From: a virus
Taxonomy: Duplodnaviria; Caudoviricetes
Direction: 5' to 3' (one strand)
DNA length: 50,961 bases
Virus record (IMG/VR): IMGVR_UViG_3300041809_000337
Location: 1 to 50,961 of that record
This document shows positions 36,845 to 43,896 of this stretch, one piece after another. Below the pieces are notes generated by a model. That model was given only the letters and a program-made list of their open reading frames with translations, was not told where the DNA came from and ran no database searches. Every line of letters starts with the position of its first letter. The stretch's first letter is position 1. Position numbers and translations under genes: made by a program.

Positions 36845-37464
36845 TTATCTTTGACGCCGATGATTTCGCTTGCTCGCACGTTATCTCAGACCAGTGTCAA
36901 TCCCATGACTGTCGGGATAAACTGGACGAGTTCCACTATACTAATCCTAGTTTTAAGGCTACGCTGTTCGCCATCCCAGGCGAGATGACCTACGAGCTGT
37001 GCGAGTGGTGTAGGGCTAATAACAGTTGGATACAACTGGCAGTACATGGCTTCTTGCACAGCTCAAACTACGAGTGCAGCGAGATGTCCTACGATGAGTT
37101 CGACCAGCACGTACGTGATTTGCAACCCATGATAGACAACTACTTCGTTAAAGGTTTCAAAGCCCCAGGCTGGCAGATAAGCGATGACTGCTATCTTTGG
37201 CTCAAGGCTCATGGCTGGTGGTTGGCAGACCAATCCTACAATAATATGCGCCGAGCTAATTTAGCCAAAGAGATACCAACCTACGTGAATAACAACGGTA
37301 ACTTCGTGGCTTGGAACGGCAGTCAAGATACTGACCTTAGTGGTGGTATGCATTTCCATTGTTGGGATTGCGTCGGCAATGGTGTATATGAACTATCCAA
37401 CCAGATTAAGGATCAAATTAAAGATGAAACGAATTTTAAGTTCGTAAGCGAGGTATTACTATAA
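36841..37464 (+). CDS. Polysaccharide deacetylase-like (NodB/DUF2334) protein
   Basis: FDADD, HG.LH, FKAPGW, HFH. Confidence 0.75.
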   Translation: MIIFDADDFACSHVISDQCQSHDCRDKLDEFHYTNPSFKATLFAIPGEMTYELCEWCRANNSWIQLAVHGFLHSSNYECSEMSYDEFDQHVRDLQPMIDNYFVKGFKAPGWQISDDCYLWLKAHGWWLADQSYNNMRRANLAKEIPTYVNNNGNFVAWNGSQDTDLSGGMHFHCWDCVGNGVYELSNQIKDQIKDETNFKFVSEVLL

Positions 37465-38078
37465 GTGGACATTACGGAGGCAATCCTTATGCGTGGGGCG
37501 GAGGCGGTTCTAATGGGCCGCATATTTCCAGGTACTTTATGGCTCGTGGCTGGGTAATGCCTGGCGAAACTGTCATAGATGCGGCCTGTGCTACAGGTTA
37601 CGGTTCTCATTTAATCGGCCAGTATGCAGGTAAGGTTATCGGACTGGACATAGACGAGGGCTGTATAGCTGAGGGCTATCACCGTTGGGGCGCACCCAAC
37701 CTAGAGTTTAAACAATTTGACCTAAGTAAAGACGAACTACCAGACGCTGATACCCTGATTAGCATTGAAACCTGCGAGCACATCAACGACTTAGACCACT
37801 TTATAGACCAGACCTGGAAACACATCCGGCGGTGTATAGTGATATGTTCACCTATCGGCGGTACAAGCTGGGACTACACCCCAGAACAACTCAAAACTCC
37901 GGCTGGCGAGAATAATGATTTCATTACCGAGGGAGACTTAGCCAGACCGTTTGTCCAGCGTGGCTGGGTAGAGGAGTGGCACAACTCGATTGGCTACTCA
38001 TCAATGTTTATATTCTTTAAAGTACCCCCGACAGTCCCAGAGGGCTATACGGAAGGAGCGTTTAAAATTGAAAATTAG
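37461..38078 (+). CDS. Class I SAM-dependent methyltransferase; probable ATA start
   Basis: HISRY, VIDAACATGYGS, SIET.EH; GAGGT RBS before ATA 37461. Confidence 0.85.
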   Translation: MSGHYGGNPYAWGGGGSNGPHISRYFMARGWVMPGETVIDAACATGYGSHLIGQYAGKVIGLDIDEGCIAEGYHRWGAPNLEFKQFDLSKDELPDADTLISIETCEHINDLDHFIDQTWKHIRRCIVICSPIGGTSWDYTPEQLKTPAGENNDFITEGDLARPFVQRGWVEEWHNSIGYSSMFIFFKVPPTVPEGYTEGAFKIEN

Positions 38079-38136
38079 CCCAGAAGATCAAGAATTAGTT
38101 GATAAATATGAATGGCGTGTTAATAGTCGAGATTAA
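38068..38136 (+). pseudogene. N-terminal remnant of an HNH endonuclease
   Basis: GAAGGAG RBS + TTG; MKISPEDQELVDKYEWRVNSRD* resembles VDDDDYEWLNQWKW of the intact HNH at 40076. Confidence 0.5.
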
Positions 38137-38149
38137 ACGAGGTAGCAAT

Positions 38150-39016
38150 ATGAGAGTTCCAGATTATTCTGTAGTTATACCAAGTCTATATGAAGTAGAC
38201 AGTAAATATTTAGAATTATGCGTAAATAGTCTTAGGGGTTCTGGTTTTGGGGGGGATATTATTGTTGTTACTAATGGTGGAAAAGCTAAACCAGACTTAC
38301 GACATATACCTAATATCACTGTACATATGCATAATAGGAACCAAGGACAATGTTCTGCGGTTAATGTGGGTGTTCAAATTGTCAATCCAGCCCATAAATA
38401 TATTATGGTTAGTAACAGTGATATGTACTACGCCCCAGGCTGGGATAAGCACTTGGTCAATTGTGTCGACGAGGAAACCAGACAGTTCAAGTACCTGTGT
38501 ATGAGCCCGAACCTTGTCGAACCCACCAATAACAACGGTAGTGCCGACCCATTCCTGAAATATGGTAATTACTACAACATAGAGGACTTTGAGAAAGAAG
38601 AGGTAGACAAGCAGATTAAGCACTTACTGACTGGGAAAAGCCTTAAGCCGGAACCAGGCTTTAATCTGCCGTTCATTATCAACGCCCAGCTCTGGCGGGA
38701 TATTCAGGGGTATGACGTAGCCTACGACCCCTGGGGAAGCAACTCTGACACTGATTTACAGACCAAGATAAACTTAGCTGGCGTTAAACCAGTTAGGCTT
38801 CGAGATGTCTTGGTCTATCACTTCTCGAATAAGTCGGGGACATTTGACGGCACCCACCAAGAAGAGTGGCAGAAGAACTTCGACTATTACCGTACTAAAT
38901 GGGGTTACACCCGTGATGACGAACCCAAGGCAGATGTGTGGTATAACAAGAACATGGTACTTAAAGACAAGTTAATCTATCATCCGGTTTACGAGGGTAA
39001 ATATGCTGACTCTTGA
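38150..39016 (+). CDS. Glycosyltransferase, GT2 (start MRVPDY)
   Basis: YSVVIPS, GQCSAVN.G, SNSDM, GYD..Y.PWG, VYHF. Confidence 0.88.
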   Translation: MRVPDYSVVIPSLYEVDSKYLELCVNSLRGSGFGGDIIVVTNGGKAKPDLRHIPNITVHMHNRNQGQCSAVNVGVQIVNPAHKYIMVSNSDMYYAPGWDKHLVNCVDEETRQFKYLCMSPNLVEPTNNNGSADPFLKYGNYYNIEDFEKEEVDKQIKHLLTGKSLKPEPGFNLPFIINAQLWRDIQGYDVAYDPWGSNSDTDLQTKINLAGVKPVRLRDVLVYHFSNKSGTFDGTHQEEWQKNFDYYRTKWGYTRDDEPKADVWYNKNMVLKDKLIYHPVYEGKYADS

Positions 39017-39107
39017 AGAAATGGAACTCAAAGCTAAACTGGGAGCTTTCAGTATCTATGACATAGAAATCTTTGTAAATGTAATGCGTTTTATATAAGG
39101 AAAGAAT

Positions 39108-40031
39108 ATGCGAATACTTAGTATTGGGAACTTCTCTGGTAGAGCATGGGATGGTTCTATAACTGACGAGAACCATATCGCTAATGCGTTAGAACAATTA
39201 GGGCATGAAGTAATCAGGCAACAGCGTGAAGATAATAATTTAAATACTGGCGGTACTATCAATACAGGCCAAAGTGATAACGTAGATTTTATACTTATTG
39301 CCCAATGGGACAGATACCCAGAAAATATGGTACCAGACTTAAAAAAGACATTTAAAGTACCGATAGTTTACTGGGCGTTTGACTATCAGGCTGATGGTCA
39401 AGACTGGCATGAGAAGTTAGTAGTGAGTTCCGACTTGTATCTTTCAAAGCGAATAGCCGACTCTAAATACCCTGGCTGGCAATGGCTTTCACAAGATTAT
39501 GCACCTGAGTTTCTACGGAAAGCACCTTATCCCAATAAAGATATAGACGTACTTTTCACGGGCTCTTACTTACCGTGGGCTAAAGAACGTAATGAAACCC
39601 TCAAAGCAGTTGATGAAAAGTTTAACCTAGTAATCCATAGCGTTAATGAGTGGCCTGGGTTCAAAGATGTGCGCCCACCCATACTAGATGAAGGACTACC
39701 TGGACTGTATTCCAGAGCTAAGGTTATCCTCTCTATAGACCATACAATCGAGGCTGGCTACTGGTCAGACCGCACCGCCCAGATAATGTGCTGTGGGCGC
39801 AGACCGCTATTCCGATACGTTCCCCTGTCTGAAGTCAGGTTCAGAGATTGCGTGGATTATTTTTATAACGTGGATGATTGTCTGAAAAAGATAGAAGAGC
39901 GTTTGGTAAAAGACAATCCCAAGAAGGACCAGAAGAGCTGTAAGTTTGGCCAAAGATATTTGCGAACCCATAACAGAGTGAAGGACTTACTAACTATAGT
40001 CAATGCGTATCTCAATGTTCGATCCGTATAA
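39108..40031 (+). CDS. Glycosyltransferase, CgeB-like GT-B fold
   Basis: DIDVLFTGS, R, YSRAKV.L, YWSDR. Confidence 0.8.
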   Translation: MRILSIGNFSGRAWDGSITDENHIANALEQLGHEVIRQQREDNNLNTGGTINTGQSDNVDFILIAQWDRYPENMVPDLKKTFKVPIVYWAFDYQADGQDWHEKLVVSSDLYLSKRIADSKYPGWQWLSQDYAPEFLRKAPYPNKDIDVLFTGSYLPWAKERNETLKAVDEKFNLVIHSVNEWPGFKDVRPPILDEGLPGLYSRAKVILSIDHTIEAGYWSDRTAQIMCCGRRPLFRYVPLSEVRFRDCVDYFYNVDDCLKKIEERLVKDNPKKDQKSCKFGQRYLRTHNRVKDLLTIVNAYLNVRSV

Positions 40032-40068
40032 TGGCAAGTTCACCAACGATATGGTGAATGGTGTATAA
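40003..40068 (+). pseudogene. Orphaned 5' end of the GT4 gene at 40513
   Basis: MRISMFDPYNGKFTNDMV vs MKIAVFDPYNGKFMKDPC. Confidence 0.8.
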
Positions 40069-40075
40069 TATGAAT

Positions 40076-40516
40076 ATGAAACAGATAGAGCTGACTCGTG
40101 ATAAACAAGTAATGGTGGATGATGATGATTATGAATGGCTCAATCAATGGAAGTGGTTTTACGATAATAAATATGCTGCTAGGACTACGTGGACTGCCGA
40201 AGGTCAAAAGAAAATATACATGCACCGACAGATTATGGGTTTCCCTCAACAGGCAATAGACCACAAGGACCGTAATAAGCTAAATTGTCAACGATATAAT
40301 CTACGTCCTACTACTGCACGAATTAATGCATTGAATAAAGATAAGCTATCTCGAAATACCTCTGGATATACAGGTCTTATCTGGTGCAAAGATGGGAGAT
40401 GGAAAGCTGAGGTTTATGTAAATGGTAAAGCTATTGCAAGATACTCTAAGTACAAAGAAGTTGCTATCGAAAAACTAATAGCTTTGAGAAAACACTATTA
40501 TGGAGATTTAGCATGA
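40076..40516 (+). CDS. Free-standing HNH homing endonuclease with AP2-like C-terminus
   Basis: YMHRQIM, IDHKDRNKLNC.RYNLR, NTSGYTG, W.AE; TATAAT just upstream. Confidence 0.9.
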   Translation: MKQIELTRDKQVMVDDDDYEWLNQWKWFYDNKYAARTTWTAEGQKKIYMHRQIMGFPQQAIDHKDRNKLNCQRYNLRPTTARINALNKDKLSRNTSGYTGLIWCKDGRWKAEVYVNGKAIARYSKYKEVAIEKLIALRKHYYGDLA

Positions 40517-41475
40517 AGATTGCGGTTTTCGACCCATACAATGGAAAATTTATGAAAGACCCTTGTGATTGGTGGACTAATCATGGCTACGAGGTAAAGC
40601 GGGAGACCTACTATAACCCAGAACTGGTAGATTGGGCTGACGTGGTTTGGTTTCATACCGCAGACAATAACCTACTCTCTGCGACCAACCCAGACCAAGC
40701 CCTTAAAGACGAATGGAAGTATACGAATAGACCTGGGGCTTGGGATATGCATGAGATGGACTTGTCTAATAAAAAGATAATCGTAGAGCCTATAGATATT
40801 GAGATATGGGGTGGGTCGCATGCCCACGACAATATGTGGCAGTTAGTTGATGATGTAGTTTTCTTAGCACCACACATCCAACAGATTATGATGGCCGACT
40901 CACGCCCCCAGCAAGGACACTTTAAACAATACGTAATTCCACCTGGCGTGGACTTGAACCGCTGGACATTTGCCGAACACAATCCAGGCAAAAAGATAGC
41001 CATAGTCTCCGAGAAGTGGATTATTAAAGGTATGCAGAATATCTTGCAAATAGCTTATGAGTTACCGAGAGATTACGAGTTCCATTGGGTGGGAGTTTGG
41101 TCTAATGATTACCCTTATTTTCACGACTACTGTATGGACTTTATCCAAAAACATAACCTCAACTTTATATTCTATGATTGGGTGGACAATTTAGACGAGT
41201 GGTTGGAAGACAAAAACTTTCTTTTACATGCCGGCATGAAAGAGGCTTTCTGTTTTGCGATCGCTCAAGCTATGGCTAAGGGGATTAAACCTATCCCTCA
41301 CGCTTTCTACGGGTCAGAGGACATCTGGCCTGAGCTGACCTGGAACACACCACAGGAAGCCATTAAACAAATCAAAGGTGACTACGATTCGTACTCATAC
41401 AGACAGTATCTAATTGACCATGAGTATACAATAGACCAAAGAATGGAAAAGATTGAGGAGATAATACATGGCTGA
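40513..41475 (+). CDS. Glycosyltransferase, GT4/GT-B fold
   Basis: IPPGVD, KG, EAFCFAIAQAMAKG.KP. Confidence 0.85.
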   Translation: MKIAVFDPYNGKFMKDPCDWWTNHGYEVKRETYYNPELVDWADVVWFHTADNNLLSATNPDQALKDEWKYTNRPGAWDMHEMDLSNKKIIVEPIDIEIWGGSHAHDNMWQLVDDVVFLAPHIQQIMMADSRPQQGHFKQYVIPPGVDLNRWTFAEHNPGKKIAIVSEKWIIKGMQNILQIAYELPRDYEFHWVGVWSNDYPYFHDYCMDFIQKHNLNFIFYDWVDNLDEWLEDKNFLLHAGMKEAFCFAIAQAMAKGIKPIPHAFYGSEDIWPELTWNTPQEAIKQIKGDYDSYSYRQYLIDHEYTIDQRMEKIEEIIHG

Positions 41476-41728
41476 CGTATTAGTCTGCGGGGCTGGCGGG
41501 TTTATCGGCTCAGACGAAATGGTCAGCATCAACGAGCTGGCTGAGATGGTGATGAGGATTGCCGGCAAAAAGCTGAGGGTTAAACACATTGATGGGCCTC
41601 TGGGTGTCAGGGGGCGCAGCTCGGACAACCGGCTAATCAAGGCTAAACTTGGCTGGGCACCCACCGCTAAACTGGAAGACGGTCTGAGAGTTACTTACGA
41701 TTGGATAAGAAAGGTTGCCAATGCTTGA
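41468..41728 (+). pseudogene. Internally deleted NAD-dependent (GDP-mannose 3,5-epimerase-like) sugar epimerase
   Basis: VLVCGAGGFIGS joined directly to C-terminal DEMVSINELA...GPLGVRGRSSDN..I...LGWAP; catalytic YxxxK core absent. Confidence 0.85.
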
Positions 41729-42689
41729 CGTTCACCCTAAGTGGAATACCTTCATTATTATCACAGTTCTGACGGTGAATATTGAGCGTTGTCTGGAAAC
41801 GCTTTACAAGTACACTGAACAGAGTAGTTTCTACGTTTATATAATTGACGTGTCAGTAAAGGGTATAGACGCCAACGCCTTGAGAGATAAGTATAAAAAT
41901 CTCATGGTGATACGCTCACCCAAAACTGACTTGCGCTATACGGGCAATCTTGGGTTTTCCACAGCCTGCAATCTGGGGATACAGTTAGTTCAAACACCTT
42001 ACTTTACTTTACTGAACGATGACGTCGAGATGGTGAACTCTGGCTGGTGGCAGGGCGTACTCGATACCTTTCATCAAGTAGAGGAGGCCACGCCTGATAG
42101 TCCGGCGGTAATAGTCTGTCCTGCATCAATCCGATTAGCCGATTGGTCAGTCGGGCGAGCAGACGGGGATGACTTTGATATCTTGCCATACAAGACTGAG
42201 TATACACAGGCAGACTACGATTTTCTACTACACGAATCCCATTACGTTAATAAACATTTAACTATTGAACCAGATTCAGTCTTTGACGGGGTGACGATGT
42301 ACGCCTGTGTCTGTGATACCCAACGGTTCTTGAAAATTGGTATGCTGGATAATAAATACTATGTCGGCTCCGGTGAAGATTACGACTACTCTTGCCGTGC
42401 TAGGATGATGGGATTCCGCTCAGTCGCTACTACTAAGAGCTGGGTCTGGCACTGGTGGTCATCAACCTTTCGGGCACTCAGGGCTGAGAAAGAAGAAGTT
42501 AAATCCCTGCAAATACCTGAGCTTAGCTGGAATCATAACCATGAGAAGTGGGGTGAGAACTTCGATATCTGGGGCGTGAAGTGTAGCAAGTGCGGTGAGC
42601 AGATGCGCTCTAAAGACGGTGTTACGGCAACTTGTTCTAAGAACCACGAAGTTTACCAAATGCCCGAAACCAACTTCTTGCCTTTGTAG
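41721..42689 (+). CDS. Glycosyltransferase, GT2, with C-terminal Cys motif
   Basis: NLGFS.ACN.G, LLNDDV, IG.LD, GEDYDY..R. Confidence 0.9.
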   Translation: MLDVHPKWNTFIIITVLTVNIERCLETLYKYTEQSSFYVYIIDVSVKGIDANALRDKYKNLMVIRSPKTDLRYTGNLGFSTACNLGIQLVQTPYFTLLNDDVEMVNSGWWQGVLDTFHQVEEATPDSPAVIVCPASIRLADWSVGRADGDDFDILPYKTEYTQADYDFLLHESHYVNKHLTIEPDSVFDGVTMYACVCDTQRFLKIGMLDNKYYVGSGEDYDYSCRARMMGFRSVATTKSWVWHWWSSTFRALRAEKEEVKSLQIPELSWNHNHEKWGENFDIWGVKCSKCGEQMRSKDGVTATCSKNHEVYQMPETNFLPL

Positions 42690-42700
42690 TGATACTACTA
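42687..42700 (+). promoter_or_regulatory. Late motif TAGTGATACTACTA
   Basis: 14-bp identity with 23489; 44 nt before ATG 42731. Confidence 0.6.
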
Positions 42701-42742
42701 ATTTAGCCTGTAAAATGCCACGCTTTAGACATGGCACTTGCG

Positions 42743-43150
42743 TTAGACAAATCGACTGGTAAAAGTTCGGCAGTTTTTACAAACATGCTTCCTCAGCACC
42801 TTGCCAGTGTATTTGCTAATCCCGTTTTTGTGAAAATCAGTTTCAGGAAATATATTTCCACACTCAAAGCATTGACGCAACCCATCCTTAGTTTTAAGAG
42901 GATTTCCAACTTTAAGTCTACCTTTACGGATTTTATCTCGCATATTATCCAGTTGGCTACCGAGAAAAAGATGGTCTATATTCACACAAGTTGGATTATC
43001 ACACGAGTGGCATACAAGCATACCACTGGGTATTTTCCCTTTATTTATAATCCAAGTATATCTGTGAGCACCTATTGTTCTACCCCTATACCACTTAGCT
43101 CCGTAGCCGTTTGGGTTTATAGCTTTATCCCACAATATGCAGTCTTTCAT
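42743..43150 (-). CDS. Antisense HNH endonuclease (start MKDCILW; alternative start 43177)
   Basis: GYG, AHRY.W, VCHSCDNP.CVN.DHL..G...DNMRD...KGR; C-terminal CxxC...CxxC; TACAAT 6 nt upstream. Confidence 0.9.
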   Translation of the reverse strand: MKDCILWDKAINPNGYGAKWYRGRTIGAHRYTWIINKGKIPSGMLVCHSCDNPTCVNIDHLFLGSQLDNMRDKIRKGRLKVGNPLKTKDGLRQCFECGNIFPETDFHKNGISKYTGKVLRKHVCKNCRTFTSRFV

Positions 43151-43203
43151 ATAGATATTGTATACCCCAAGTGCCATAAAGTAAAGATAGAGAGGGTAGC
43201 TAT

Positions 43204-43896
43204 ATCGCTCTAGCGTTTGTTGAAGGTAAGGTAGTAACTAACGGGACTGGCGTAGCTACTACTCCGGCTTTTACTAATACCTTTGCAGTCGGTCAACTTG
43301 TAGTTGTATCAATAATTTATAGTGGTGGCTCAAACTCTACTACATCTGTTACTGACAACGCTACCACCCCGAATACTTACGTCCCAATTCCGGGGGCAAT
43401 TATTAGTAAGGGTGGCACTCTTTCTCAAGTAGTTTACTACTCTGTAATTACAACGGCTAAAGCCAGCCCAACTGTAACTGTAAACTATAACTCCGCAGTT
43501 ACTAATGCCACTGTAGCAGTTCAATATTTTAATGGATTTGTTGGCACCCCAGAACTAGATCAAGCCTTTTCTTCTGTAAATACCTCATCGACAACAGATA
43601 CATCGGGTACTTCAGCTACTACTACTCAATCGACTGAACTAGTTATAGGTATGGGGACCTACACCGGAACGGCAACTACCTTTACTCTGGGCTCCGGTTA
43701 TACCAACTTAACAGCCGATAACGTCTCCAATGAAGCCGTGGCGATGGAGAGCAAGGTAGTTAGTTCTACCGGTACTCAAACGGCAACCTTTACTTTGGGT
43801 GCCGCAAGAGTAAATACCGGTGGAGTAGTAACTTTCTATGACCTCTCGACTGCCGTTTCGCCTATAACATTTAACCAAACTAGGAGAGTCCTGTAA
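43204..43896 (+). CDS. Virion/tail beta-rich protein; ORF track shows only the last 81 aa; probable ATC start
   Basis: Frame open from 43180 with no ATG/GTG/TTG until 43651; (I)ALAFVEGK...VGQLVVVSI...SVTDN...NTY; GAGAGGGT upstream. Confidence 0.7.
   Translation: MALAFVEGKVVTNGTGVATTPAFTNTFAVGQLVVVSIIYSGGSNSTTSVTDNATTPNTYVPIPGAIISKGGTLSQVVYYSVITTAKASPTVTVNYNSAVTNATVAVQYFNGFVGTPELDQAFSSVNTSSTTDTSGTSATTTQSTELVIGMGTYTGTATTFTLGSGYTNLTADNVSNEAVAMESKVVSSTGTQTATFTLGAARVNTGGVVTFYDLSTAVSPITFNQTRRVL

Noticed and set aside
31253-42689. GT cluster as a DNA hypermodification locus or captured host island
   Set aside because: No base-modifying or nucleotide enzymes or polymerase; no flippase, polymerase or export genes; it is co-oriented inside the virion operon. 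Disfavoured but not formally excluded
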